A DNA stretch of 64,000 nt from Dicyema japonicum (GCA_011109175.1 RDEW01000060.1:188432-252431), one strand, 5' to 3'. Counted from the stretch's first letter, positions 22,843-36,236 are shown. The notes: generated from the sequence alone by a model not told the origin. Translations and numbers: made by a program.

Positions 22843-24334
22843 GATGTTAACTGATTTTTAATTTAATTTTCAATATAATTAAAATCATCCATAAATCATA
22901 TATAATAATATTTTTATACGTTTTATAATTTTAATTTTTTTTACACTAAAAATAATTAATAGGTTAATTCTAATTAAGATGTTCTCTATCCAATTTGTTT
23001 CCTTTTTCGAGTAACTATGGGAGTAAACCCAATTGTCACGGTCATTTTCCTTTTCCTCAATATATCTTGACATCACTTCGCTCACGCTCTTCTCTTGAAT
23101 TACTTCATAATCAGACGGAGTAAATATCCTTTATTCCTTCATTAAGTTTATCAAAACGCCGCGAAACGTCGACTTGGTGCTTACATGATACAATCATACT
23201 CTCCAAAGTCTTCTTGATTACCAGCGATTTAACACACGCATACGTTCTTTCACTTATATACAAAGATCTGGCATACTTCCACGAATGTGAAGTCACTAGG
23301 TCATCCCAGGTGAGGATTTATTTTTCATTAAAAATTATTTATTTCTAACGGCTTTACAACGTTTTCAAAGGCTCGTATTCAACCTGGGCTCGTATTCAAC
23401 CGGTCACATTTATTAATTAAGCTAGTTTTATCTTTTGCTATAGTTTAAGGTGAGACTCTAAAACAGAGGTTCCCACCTGGGTTCCGCGAAGTTCCAAAAA
23501 AATTATTCTTTTTTCAAAAGAATAAATTTTCAAGGGGATTTGACATTTCCAATCTTATAAATTCATATTTTGAGGATATAAAGTTGGATTGGAATAAATG
23601 TGTGGGTATCTGCACTGATGGTGCTCCAGCAATAACTGGGCAATGTAAAGGCTTTGTTTATGTTGCGAAAAATAAGAACCCGAACATTGTTCACACGCAT
23701 TGTTTTCTTCATCGAGATCGCAATGGTCGCAAAAACATTCCTTGGTTCTCCCTCTACGATTAGTTATAGTAGCTGTTCTTTGCTTAAATAAAGTATGTGT
23801 TATGCACGAGCGAAACACTAGGCATTTTACGTGCTTATGGCAACGCGGTAGTGCTTACTTTTCTTAAACAACTCACATCAAATTATTATTAAAAACCAAA
23901 AGTCACCGACAAATTAATTAACTACATAGCCGTCAGGTGATTCCAGCTGCCTCGAGTAGCCATCTCATTCTTGCTATGTTCTTGCTGGGTTCCTACGCAT
24001 TTCCAGATTAGGCGAGGGTTTCTAACTTTTTTGGAGGGTAGTAAGGCTCCGGTTTTCCTCACTAATTCCTCAAAGGGTGTAGGGTTTAGAGGTTTCCAAA
24101 AAAACCTTTGCAAAGCCTTAAGGCCATTTTTTAAGAGATTTTGATTTTTTCTATATTCCTGTTTGATAGGTTGGTTCCCCATGCAGCACACCCGTAAGTT
24201 AGAGACGGTTGAATATACTGCACGTAGAGCGAGTCTAAATTTGAGTTGAAACACCCCTTATATTGTCCAAGGAGTGTTTTAACAAAATTTAGCTTTCGTT
24301 GTGCCTAAGAGATGACGTTGTCGATGTGTTTGCT
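22837..24334 (-). repeat. Right arm of the inverted duplication (runs into a gap)
   Basis: Reverse complement of 19214-20713. Confidence 0.95.
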
Positions 24335-24749
24335 NNNNNNNNNNNNNNNNNNNNNNNNNNNNNNNNNNNNNNNNNNNNNNNNNNNNNNNNNNNNNNNNNN
24401 NNNNNNNNNNNNNNNNNNNNNNNNNNNNNNNNNNNNNNNNNNNNNNNNNNNNNNNNNNNNNNNNNNNNNNNNNNNNNNNNNNNNNNNNNNNNNNNNNNNN
24501 NNNNNNNNNNNNNNNNNNNNNNNNNNNNNNNNNNNNNNNNNNNNNNNNNNNNNNNNNNNNNNNNNNNNNNNNNNNNNNNNNNNNNNNNNNNNNNNNNNNN
24601 NNNNNNNNNNNNNNNNNNNNNNNNNNNNNNNNNNNNNNNNNNNNNNNNNNNNNNNNNNNNNNNNNNNNNNNNNNNNNNNNNNNNNNNNNNNNNNNNNNNN
24701 NNNNNNNNNNNNNNNNNNNNNNNNNNNNNNNNNNNNNNNNNNNNNNNNN
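24335..24749. other. Assembly gap
   Basis: Run of N. Confidence 1.
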
Positions 24750-24949
24750 AATTTCCCAGGCCTTCTTGGCTTCTTGGCTACATTCGAGACAAAATCCAAC
24801 CTTAATAGACTATTAAAGGATTCCGCTTCAGAAGAGAGACGGAAAAGTAGGTTCTCCCTCTTTAATTTTCATCACACGTCCTATCGACACGGACATCACT
24901 TCATTCCTTAGAAAATGAGTTTTCATTAGTTACAGTATTTAATTATTAT

Positions 24950-25720
24950 TATTTTAAAATTCCAAGACCACCAAGAAAGAAAGAATTAACTTGCTAAATT
25001 AAGTGATCCCAGCCTCCAACATCTCTCGAATTCTCTTCGAATGCTCCGCCAGTGAACCAACAGCGTTTCTGAAATGTCTTTTTTTATTTCTGCAGAGGAA
25101 TTCTACAGGAGTGCACTTTTTTTAATACCGATCTGTATTCCTCCGCATGAACCACCCTCTCTGAATGGGGTTCCTAGCTCAATACACATACATAGGAAGC
25201 CCAGGCCATTTCTCACCGTCGCCTCCTCTGAAAGCAGACTGGGGACGGATCTGGAGTCTGATTGTATATGCCTCATGATCTTCCGTCTGAGAGAGTTCAT
25301 ACGCTCCACCCTCGTAGAAGGAATGGCGAATCTCCAGGCAGAACAGAAAAATTCAATCATAGGCTCAATAACTTGGAGATATACTTTGCTGATCCAAGCA
25401 GTAGGAGCAAAGGGGTTTTTCTCTACGATAGCTTTTTGGACGTTCCATTTTCGAAGACCCTTGGTTAACACCTCCTCCGTGTGACTGGCGAACGTCATCA
25501 GTGAGTCAAAAGTTACTCCAAGGATCTACTGGATTCGTGTATAAGTGATGGGAATGTTTCCGAGGAATATCTCAAGTCCACCTTTAAATCTTCTGTCCGT
25601 AGTAAATAGGGTGAACTGAGACTTGGATGCAAACACAGACAGCAAATTCATGGATAGCCAGTCACACACCTGGTTGAGGTGTGATTGAACCACCGCCACA
25701 GTTTACTGAGGTTGAAGATG
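24950..25720 (-). mobile_element. APE-type LINE 3' part (AGIT* family)
   Basis: ILGVTFDSLMTFASH...VYLQVIEPMIEFFCSAW; ends GCT GGG ATC ACT TAA; related to 43900-44195. Confidence 0.8.
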
Positions 25721-27683
25721 TTCCCTAGCGAAAGTCTTGCTTTAGAGGCAGAACCCATGTTATTATGGTCTGAGCAAGGGATCTTAATATGGAATCACGT
25801 TTTTAAAAAATTTTCATGTTTTCTTATTGTGTGCATGAATTTTATTTATCCAGGATACACCGAGAAAGAAATCAAGAGTTAACAATTAATTAAATGTTTC
25901 CAGTTCCAACAGCCGTAGAAGCAAATATCTAAAACATCACACACAAGTCAACATAGGAAAGAAAACTTCCAGTCCTTGAAGTTGTGGGAACCTTTCAATG
26001 ATTTATCCAATCGAGTTGAGAAAACCAAACAATCTTCTTTTCGTGGGTCAACAAACAGACCTGACTTACTTGGAGACAGAAAGATTCCTTGATCCTGACG
26101 CGTTCCTGCACAACCATCATCCAACCACAGTGATCCAGAGGACGTTGTTAAGGGAGCTGAGGTAGATTCCAGAACTCGTCTTCAGGAAACGAATTTATCT
26201 CCCAGTGGAATGAATAGATGGATCCTTTTGAATACCGAACAGAAATTGGGCGTCTCACGAGTAAGGTAGATCAAATGGCACCACCAGATAGAAGGAAGAG
26301 AAATCTTGAATCGATTAGCCATATAACACCACGTGGCCTATGCCTTAGTCTAGCGTCGATGTTGATTAATTGGTTGAATGTTTGGGGGTGATAGCGTAGC
26401 TCTGGTGCATTATGACCTAGCTCTAGTACACTTAATGTCTTCATCTACTCAATGAGACCTTTTGTTCCCTTTCTAGGATTCAAAAAACGTCGGATAGCGA
26501 ACTTTAAAGAAAGCATCAGACCTTTGATATGTTTGTTTTAAGAAAAACTTAATATGTGACTAACGACCTTTATCAATTGACAGCACTAATTTAGTTAAGT
26601 TTATTAACCAAAAAAATATGGAAAAAAACTCTAAGATAAAGTTGGGAGCGAAGATGACCCCCATGCTCTCAATATTTCCACACAAGTCCTTAAAATCTCA
26701 CTGTAGTCTGCGACCATGTTTCTACAAAATGGTAGGCCTATAATAACGCAATGGCTATTCCAGAACATTGTGCTCGTAACATGAGGAATAATTCCCATTG
26801 CGTGCTCAATGTCTGCAGGGCATAGTGGAGATCTTGTCATAACAACTAACTTTGGTTTCTACAAAATAAATATTTTCAGAATCACGGTTCAGTTAATAGC
26901 GGCAATAAAAGTTCAAGCGTGTTAATCATTAAATATCCTAAAAATATCAATAACTGTAAGATCAAATGTTTAAGCAAAATGACTCACGCGTCAATCCTTT
27001 GAAATTAAGATATCAGCAAACTGTAAATTAGTCATCAAATTCTAACATTATTATTAATTGCACTCCTGAGGACATAAAAATATATGAAGACCTCTTCGAA
27101 GTCCGGGAGATCTTCAGTCTTCCGATCGAGTCTGTTAAAACAATCGAGTCTCTTGCGGAATCAGAAAAGGGGGATGGAAAAACACGATGTTCCTTCCACA
27201 ACACTGAGTTCGCTATCATTGGGGGTAAGTCTCAATCCGTGCTCTGTACATACATGCTATAACTAAAACACATTTACTACCTCAAAATAAGACTCGCTGG
27301 GCTTTATTGACCCCAGGCATACAATATTTGGTAAGCCCAGCACAAACAGTGGTGACTAATTAATCCAAGGAAGGAATCCAAGGAAAAATCCACCCTCCAA
27401 TAGTCGATTTTGGCCTAATTGCTATGCAATCAAAATTATATATCTTGACAAGGTTAATTATATTGATTATTAAATTACTTTGTTGATAACACAATTATAA
27501 TTTAAGCATTCCATGAATAAATATGAGTAAATCCATTTTAATCAAGTAAACAGATTTATGAAGAAAAATAGTTTCAGTAAAAATATTTAAAATTAATTTT
27601 ATAATTTTTATTATTTAAATTAGTTTATTTTGGTTAGTCAAACTACATTAAATTCTTAGAATTTCTCATTATTTCTGTTTAAT

Positions 27684-28750
27684 ATGAGTGGAACTTTTAA
27701 AGGTGAGAAACATGATGAAGGCAGGGATGGCGAGGGAGACACTATTCTAAGACTGCCAAATGAGCGACTTAGATACACGAGGGTTAGTCTGTTCGAATTA
27801 GACAGAAATTTTTTTATTCCTTGTGTCCTCCATCACGTATTCTGGAGATCGAAGAACTCGAACAGAATTCTTCACAACATGAGAAAGAGGGGAATGATAG
27901 CTGGCAGAATGAATTAGGAGAGGACATGGTAATGTGATGTTTTAACTGAAAGATGGTGAAGCGGTTCACTGATTTGTACGTTTCCGCGGTTCCACAAATC
28001 AAGCCAATCTTCATCAACACTAAGTGTGTCGGTTTGTCACATTTCTAATTTTAGCGAGAGAAACAAACAGGGTGGATCCCAGCCACGCAAAACAATTTAA
28101 AACCACATCTAAGAAGACATACGGGACCTGCAACAGTCCCAATGCTCGTCGTGAGATCGAAGGAAGGCATGGCTTTAAGAAAGAACCTCGTGGTGAGGCT
28201 GAAGGAAGGCATGCCTTTAAGATAGAACCTCGTGGTCAAGCGGAATATCGTGTGAAGACTATTCGGAGTCCGGGAGATCTTCAGTCTTCTCTGAAAGCTC
28301 GTCATTTCCTCCTTCAGCTAACACTTTGTCACGGAATGTGATGACCGTTGAATCGGGAACTTCAATGACGACCACAGAAGATTCACAGAACTTCACAGAA
28401 TTCAATTTTGATTTATCATCAGAAAACGCCACGAATTCCATTGTGGGATCGCCCGAAAATGGAAAGATGGTCAGGAATCAAATCCCAAAGGCCAATGCAG
28501 TAAAATCTCAGTCGGATTCTTCAAAGAAATCTAAGAATGACAATAAAATATGTACGCAACGGGAGAATGGCCCACGTGATGATAAAAATGGCTCTTCTGA
28601 TGAAGAATGTAGATGCTCATTCCTTAAACAGGATATTGTTTGGGGCTCCTCTAGTTGGTACTGATTTTATCTATTGCTTTCGAGTAAACTTTTGTTGATT
28701 ATTTTTATCATTTTGAGATTGTCTCGGATTGTTGTGATTTAGATTAATGT
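27684..28750 (+). CDS. Hypothetical Ser/charged-rich protein with tiny introns, an internal 14-aa repeat and a possible C-terminal hydrophobic segment
   Basis: ATG follows an AT-rich stretch; putative 23-31 nt GT-AG introns join open exons; at least one frame join is unresolved; no family recognised. Confidence 0.4.
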
Positions 28751-29739
28751 TTCCATTTATCGGCACGCATTCAGTTTAATGAGGCATTAATGGTTTCAGT
28801 TCTCATGGTTTTGAGAACACAAGAGAAACCACATTAAGAGCTTAGTAGTAATTACTTACGTAATTTTGAACATAATATATTCCATGTTGAAGGTTCAAAT
28901 GAACTATGACCCACGTGGTATTGAGACCACAATAGAAAACATATTGAGAGTTTAGTATGAACTCCTGTAGATTTGGTGTTAAAAATCTAATAGAAATCAG
29001 GACTGGCGTGATATTAGCCGATTATCGATATGTGTTATTGAATTGATTAAATGAATAACTGAATTCTAATCTTACAATTCTAATCTGACTCGCTTCAAGG
29101 AAATTGATTTGCATTATAATTCCAATAGTTCAGTCAACTAGAAAGTCTTTTTGCTCTTTCAGGCCTCTATTTTTATTCTTGCCGTAAAATCAATCTCTCA
29201 AATCTGAATGATATTTGACATTTCCTATAGTTCAGCCTCCACTAGATGTCTCAATTGAAAATATTTTTACAAAAGTGAAAGTTCAAATAATTCGACTGAC
29301 CACATTTTAAAGCTAAAAATCACAGTTCTATTATTTAGGGGACATATTTACTATTTTCTAAACATTTGGGGGTGACAATGGTCAATTATTAATTGTCCCG
29401 GTATTTAGAATCAATAATCTCCCACTGTGTGCGAATTACACACTTTAGTTTACTTATATCTTTTTCTTACAATTAATTTATTGACTTTTAAATGGACTAT
29501 TGACGAGTTTTGTATTGAATTTTATTCCCGTACTGCCTTTTAATAGCCAATAGAAAGAAATTAGTCGAGTGGTTAATTGGGCGAAAGCTTGCAGTGGTGA
29601 TGTACTTCTATCGTATGAAATATCTACTTCACGGTGGATGAACTTTAAGATAATCTGTCACTATGTTGTGTTATCCTATTAAGTCGTGTCCGACCCTTGA
29701 ACAAGTTTCCTCCACTTTCCCCGATCCATCGCAATTTGG

Positions 29740-30100
29740 AGTAGCCTTGATATAGGCATTCCCGTGACGTCTTCCACCGTGAATAGCCACCGAGTCCTCG
29801 GTCGACCAGGTCTTCTCTTCCCAGTAAAATTTCTCAGCATAATGGTTCTTTCCAGGGAGTCAGAGAGGACAACATGCCCAAAGAACGCCCATCTGTGTTT
29901 TACGATTTTTCCTTCTAGCGAAATCTGTCACTAGTTGCACATAATATATAAAGAAAGAAATGTGTTAGGTTATCGGATATATGGAATATCTTTGAGAAAT
30001 ATCCAGCTGCTTAACTAGCACCATCAATAGCAACTAATTATAATCCCATAACTCCAAAGAAATAATCCATGTTCCTTGACAACACAATACTAAAACCATG
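29740..30100 (-). mobile_element. RTE-type LINE 3' fragment
   Basis: RWAFFGHV...GRPRTRW motif. Confidence 0.55.
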
Positions 30101-30253
30101 AATCTTGTATAACCGATATTTTCTAGTTATAGACCACACACGTTATAAGAGATCCAAAGAGAGGTATCAGACGTTCTATAATTGACCGGTCTCACAGATT
30201 GACCTAATAGCGAAATTCGGCAGTAATCTATTTGACCGCAAATATTTTCCCTG

Positions 30254-30505
30254 TTTTATTAACCCCCCTAATACAAGTCAACAGCTATTTCGCACGGTCA
30301 CAGAAGCAGAGTCTTTCCAATGTCACAAAAGTCCATCAAGAATCAACCAAAGGTAAAAAACGCCCAATCCTCCAGTAGTGGAAAAATTTCCAGTTGAGAA
30401 AAGAAGAGAAAATGATCCTTTTTTGTGCTACCCTGGCACTGGGAGCTAACTGAGCGGATCTCATGACACCACTTTAGTAGAACGAGGGAAGTGGAGGAAC
30501 ATAGG
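30254..30505 (-). repeat. Unclassified ~250-bp dispersed repeat, copy 1
   Basis: Collinear with 33868-34135 and 38120-38367: agtg..tcatg.ga.cc ... aaaaag.atcattt ... gactc ... gttaataaa. Confidence 0.75.
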
Positions 30506-30569
30506 AAACCACTAGCTTTCTTTTTGCTTGTGTGTGTCCCAAAAATTAAAAAGAAACATAAATAAAATA

Positions 30570-33500
30570 TTATTTGTAAATCAACGGTATAAAACTGAAT
30601 GGAAGCACAGGGGCTGTTTTCTTCAGATCATGAGCATGCAAATAGCAACTCGCAGCCTTTTCATAGTCTCCATTGGATTCAAGTACTTTTCCTAAAAGTC
30701 CCCTATAAAAATCATACTAACAAATACCATGACTTGTGGTCAAGCGAGTCCAGTTTTACAGCTTCCCTGATGAAATTTTCAGCTTCTGAGAATTTTTCCA
30801 TCTCCAAGTAAGTCAAGCCCTTTAATAAACAAAAAATAAACTAGCTCATAGAGAATTTCACAATTTCTAGGATCCGCAGAGATTATATTCAGAAAGGACT
30901 CCAACGAAGCCTCAAGAAGACCACTGGAGCGTAATAAACGAGCTTTCTGAGAAATATGAACACATTTTACCAGCAAATGAAGACTCAGCATGTTCGGGTA
31001 TAAATTCCAGGCTTCCTTAATGCATGAGCTCACATCCTCAAATTTGTTGAGTTCCATGAAAATTTGAGCTTACATGAGGAAATATCCTACCAGTTCGTAT
31101 CCAAATCTTAAATTCAAGCAGAGATTTCCGTGAACGGTCTAATTCAGCATCATCTATCCTAGAGGCCGAGTTCAAATCGTTAGAGTTCACAAAATTAATG
31201 TTACTGCCACTCGAGTCAGAGAATGTAAACTCAACCTCACAAAAGTTCCAGTCGTTCTCACTTAAATAAATTCAAATTGAGAACCAATTTTTGAACAAAT
31301 TCAGCATTTGTGAACAGGTTTCCAACCCCGCAGAGTGATCGTTCTCCTCAGATTGGATGTAGCTCTTTATGAAGAAGAAACTAAAGATGGAAGGACCAAA
31401 GATACTTGAGACTTCGTGGAAAGCGATAAACTGCCAAACCTATGACCTTGTAGGCCTCCTCGTAGTTTCTATTGGCGGTAAAAAGTAGAATCAACAAAGT
31501 GAGGACCGCTTTGTTATGCCATTGAAGTTGGTACGCCAACAGACAGTATTTTAGTGCCTCTTCTATTTTCCTTTCGTTCGCGTAATGGAGAGCCAGATGG
31601 AACGCCGATAAAAAATCGTTCTGGTCGGTCACGTGGGCTCTAAGAATTTATATAAAAAAAGTACTGCTGAAAGAAATCCAAAGCTAGGCACTTGTGTGAG
31701 GACGCTTCGGGAATATTTTCGATCGCTTTGGAGAGCAACGAGTGAACAAGTCCACAGTAAAGAAGAGCACGTGCATGAAGAAATGAGTTTGGCTTTGTCA
31801 GATTAAGGAGTTTTGTTGCATATTGAATTAAGTTGGAATCCAGCGACTAAAGTTAGCCAATTTACTTACAACGCCGGTTCGAGAATCAAAATACAAGAAG
31901 ATTATTTGTATGAGGACATCAACGTCATTAGGGTTTATAAAGTGACAAGTTTTCAGAAAAGACAGACATTCTTTAAACTAAAAGCATAAAAGCCAAAATC
32001 AAGTATAATGCTTAAAGCAAAAAAAACAAAGAAAATTAGCCTCCGTACTTATCTCTTATAGTTCCCCAGTAGGAGACAACATAAAAAACTAAAATAAGAA
32101 AAAATGTTTGACGTCTCAAATCGTATGGACACACGAACTTAAAAAATTAACAGCTAATAAAATTCATAAAATAAATTAAGAAAGCAGCAAAGAGCAGAGT
32201 TCACGTTATAAAATAAACCCCCAAAACAAATCATTCCTATAAAATAGAATTTGTCCTAATATAAGGAAACACAACAGTAAAATGCGGTAATTTCAAAAAA
32301 TAACCTTTCCTATTTCTGCCAAGGTGAAGGCAAACTGCCGTAGTGAGAAAAAATCCCCAACACAGAGTTTAAGAAGGCCCCACAAAGTCTACAATATAGA
32401 AATACGGAAAACATAATTTAGTCTTTCAAAGAAGTCCAACCTTCCAAATAGCAGAGTATAGTAGTTCAAGATTTTTATAGTCATGGGGGAAACCTCTACC
32501 TGCGACTCAACAAGCTGAAAATACTAAAATTTAGCAACCACAAAATTTTTGAGAATTTTCTCATAAATTGTTATCAAATAGAATAATTCTTCTTCCAGGT
32601 TAAAGTTCATAATACTAAAACTCAAAAACTGAGGAAAACCCGTAAAACGAGCTGGAAAGTTTCATGCTGCTATTGCTTACAGAAATTGAGTCAGAGATAG
32701 TTTCAAAGTTAATGGAAGTGACCTTTCCTAACAAATACTCGATGTACTTTTCCACCACAAACTTTAAATACATCTACACACAACCTGGTGAAGAGACGGA
32801 ATCTTTTCGATCTTGTCAATAGCCAGAACCTCACGGAAAGCACGAATCAACTGCTCTGATGTCCTAATGTGAATTTTTAACACTACAGAATCTGAATTTG
32901 TCGCATAAGGTGGCATTCTATGACTTCGACAAGATGGCGGCCAAATTCAAAACTCAGATTGTCCGAGCTGAGATAAATGCATGACATTACTCTGGCAAAA
33001 GCAAATGGAGTTGTGTTAGCACGCTTTCGGCAATCTCGGAAGCCATTTCGAAGAATCTGATTACAGGAATGCCCATTTTGTCTGACTTCATTCCCAGATT
33101 TTCAAGGGATTTTGCTAAAATATTTATTAAAATCTAATAATTACGAAAATATTTGAATTTATATTAATTTAAAATTTAAACAAAATATTTTTTTTAATTT
33201 AAATACCATAAAAGAGGTATGTTTCGGCGAGAATTACTTGTCCTCTGTTGGTGGTAAGGTCTTTACGTTGTACATTCATTAGGGAAAATATCTGCATGAG
33301 TTCTTGGTAGCGTTTTAAAGCAAATAGACATCTTAGAGCGAAAAGGCGCATCTCCTTCTCATATTTCTCGCTCAGAGAGGCCCTGAAGGTAATGGTCTAT
33401 AAGGTAACCAGATCGAGGCATTGATCATCTTATAGACGACATCCAGCTCAGTTTTGTCAATATCTGGCGCGAAAATGTTCGGCATTCCGCTTTCGAGGTG

Positions 33501-33662
33501 CTTTTCTAGCATTAGTACGTTAGTGATGCTTTCTACATTTATTATTTGCAAAATACCGAGAAATGTGAACTTAGCACAAAGTGCTATGGCTTCGTCCCAC
33601 CGTCGTTTGAACCGGAGAATGTCTATTCGTGCCAAAAGAACTCCACTTTTGTTAGTGGACAT
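30570..33662 (-). CDS. TTC7: Tetratricopeptide repeat protein 7 (PI4KA complex scaffold, Ypp1 homologue)
   Basis: N-term LARIDILRFKRRWD; RQFAFTL..GK; AFHLALHYANERKIEEAL; C-term SWGLLGKVLESNGDYEKAASCY.HA..L..TAPVLPFSFIP; many tiny introns plus 92-nt and 327-nt introns. Confidence 0.85.
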
Positions 33663-33867
33663 ATTAATCCTTACCCAGCTGTAAAAAAATCAACAAAACT
33701 ACACGTATTCAAATAATCTGATTATTTATTTTTATAATTAATTTTTTTAATTATATTAATAATTTTTATTTAATTCAAATGCTGTTAACTAACCAATTTG
33801 AATGGTAGTCTGCGTGTCGCCATGTTGTGTTACGTGTCTAATTGGTTGAAGTTTCCTGTTTGTTTTG

Positions 33868-34135
33868 TCTGTTCCTCCTTTTTCCCTTACTAATAGAGTG
33901 GCGTCATGTGATCCATCTGTCTAGCTAGCGCCCAATGTCAAGCTGGCAAGAAAAAGGATCATTTGGTCTCCCCCACTCTACTGGAGGGGTTTCCACATCT
34001 GCAATTGATGGACATCTTTCATTTTTTGCTGATTTTTGATAGACTCTGTTTTTGTAGAAGTGGAAAGTGGATACACTTAACAAGTTGTTTACTTTAACTT
34101 CTTTCTCGGTGTATCCGGGGTTAATAAATTAAAAT
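33868..34135 (+). repeat. Unclassified ~250-bp dispersed repeat, copy 2
   Basis: Ends tctcggtgtatccggggttaataaa. Confidence 0.75.
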
Positions 34136-34249
34136 TAATTAATTATCTACCCACATGACACTTCCAACCATCCATAAGAGTTCTCCTGAACTGTACTTCC
34201 TTCAATTCCGAGCATGCGAAGATTGCTGAGGGAAGCCGATGGCCTCTTT

Positions 34250-34925
34250 TAAGTTGAACTTTACAGGTTCTGGCTAGTCTAGCTGTGTTTTCCATTCAAA
34301 TCTACGAAAACTTCAAAAAACTAAAAATGTGGGTTTGCGATCAATTACCGGTTGCAACCTGCGCACATCTATAGACCACATACACTGGGAATCCTCTATT
34401 CTTTCAATCGAAGATCAGCTGTGTATAAAAAACCTACAATTCCTCAACGACCTAAATAATCTTATGCATCCCTGCAATGACCTAACCGAAACAAGAAACC
34501 TAAGATATATTTCTCTACAGTCATGGACAGTGGACATGCTAGAGAAGATTACCTCGCCAACTCCATGACGAAGACGATTCATAATTTCATATTAACTGGG
34601 GTCATTTGAGGCAATTGAGTGCAGTTTCCCTGACAACATCAGAAATTATTTGTTTTTTAAGCAGTTTTCTTACAGATATAAAATTTAATTTGTTAAATTG
34701 ATCTTTGTTGAGAGAGCAAGAGGTAAATCAACTTCGATTATTTCGGCGAGGACATTTTTGATAATCATTATTGAACCAGAAAACCACCCTCATATCCAAA
34801 ATAAACAAAATTCAGGTGATCCAGCCTACCTCAACAGTCTCCGCATCTTTTCTCGGTGTTCCGACTGCGTTCCTGCGCATTTCCGATATTGACGGGGTTG
34901 CATACTCTAGTCCTTGCAGAGGCAC
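34250..34925. mobile_element. Two LINE 3' fragments arranged tail-to-tail (34250-34610 +, 34795-34925 -)
   Basis: LRSITGC...TSIDHIH.E..IL on +; CAGTQSEHREKMRRLLR followed by ggatcacctga on -. Confidence 0.55.
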
Positions 34926-35199
34926 TGATTATTTTGTTTTAATAGATTAAATTTGTTAAATATCATTATGAAAAATCTGATGAAATAATAAAAATGCAGT
35001 AATTTAAATTTATTTTAATAAACAAAGTTGTTAATTGAGGTCGTTAAAATTAAATAATTCATTTTAATTTAAGAAAATTGGTTGACATCTCTCTAATAAT
35101 GCCTATGTCTTTATCGTACTCTCAGCCTGTCTATTCTACTCCGTTTACAATTGAACTTTCAACGTCAGAGGACTCGGTTCGAACACTATACAGGGAACT

Positions 35200-35543
35200 G
35201 CGGAGACGTGCGAGGAGAACAGTTACATGGAGAAAAGAGAAAAAAAAGGAAGTATGACTTGCTTGCAAACGAGATGGGGCAGATGCTTGGTTGCAAGGTC
35301 CTCGTTATTCCAATAGTAATGACGTGGGAAGGAATTGCAACAAAGTACCACAAGGGTTATCTGAAGCAGTTGGGAGTAGATAGGAAGCTCCAGACCTATC
35401 TACAGTCCACTGTTAAAGCAGACCTAGAGAGCCTGACACTGGAGTATAGGAGGCAGAGGGTTCAATTGGACAAGGCGCTCTCGAAGTTGTTTCAGCAACC
35501 AGAGTCGAACCTGTTTGAGGAGCCTGGCGAACAGGCAGGCTAG
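35200..35543 (+). mobile_element. R4/Dong-like RLE retrotransposon 3' fragment
   Basis: EKRKKRKYDLLANEMG....KVLVIPIVMTWEGIATKYHK.YLKQL...QTYLQS. Confidence 0.8.
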
Positions 35544-35689
35544 GAAGGTTGTTGATTATTAAGTATTAACTTTTTATTGTTGGTAAAATAAAGTGGAAAC
35601 TTGTTTTAATGAAAATATTATTAAATTAAATAAAAATTCAATAACTAACATTTTTAGAAAACTACCATAAATTATTAAGAAGCATTCTA

Positions 35690-36236
35690 TTGAAATGCGA
35701 GAAGAAACTGAACGTATTGAAAGTTTATCGGGAATATGGAAGAGTGGTACTCACCCAGTCTTGATGAACGTGTACAAACAGTACATCGAGCCATGCGCCT
35801 CGTGGTGACCGTCCATATCTTGGACAAATATGAGGAAAATTGAGGAAATGCAAAAGAGGGCTTACAGAGTAATGGAGCGTTGGATTTGTGAAGATCACCG
35901 AACCAGACCTACGCCTCTGGAGGCCCTTATGAGACTTGACTCCAGATCACGGGAAGTTGGCCCTGAAAATTCAGGCAGCCGTCCTGTACGTACATGCGCG
36001 GGCACGAAGGAAGAACACCGGGCAAAGATGAGGTCTCTGTTAGAATACAATTTAATTAACTATTGGTGTTCTTGGGTTAAATAAATAAACCTCATCTTTG
36101 CCCGTCGTTCTTTCTTCGTGCCCGCGTATGAATGTACAGGACGGCTGCCTGAATTTTCAGGGCAACTTCCCGTGATCTGGAGTCAAGTCTCATAAAGGCC
36201 TCCAGAGGCGTAGGTCCGGGTCGATGATTTTCACAA
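35690..36236. mobile_element. LINE 3' fragment (+, to 36034) with an inverted copy of its last ~150 bp (36089-36236)
   Basis: VYKQYIEP...CAGTKEEHRAKMR; arms 35886-36034 and 36089-36236 are reverse complements. Confidence 0.85.

Noticed and set aside
16281-24911. ORFs containing long X runs
   Set aside because: Artefacts of translating through N gaps
28880-29430. Transib-like end (cccactgtg) and transposase tail
   Set aside because: No partner TIR or convincing protein motif
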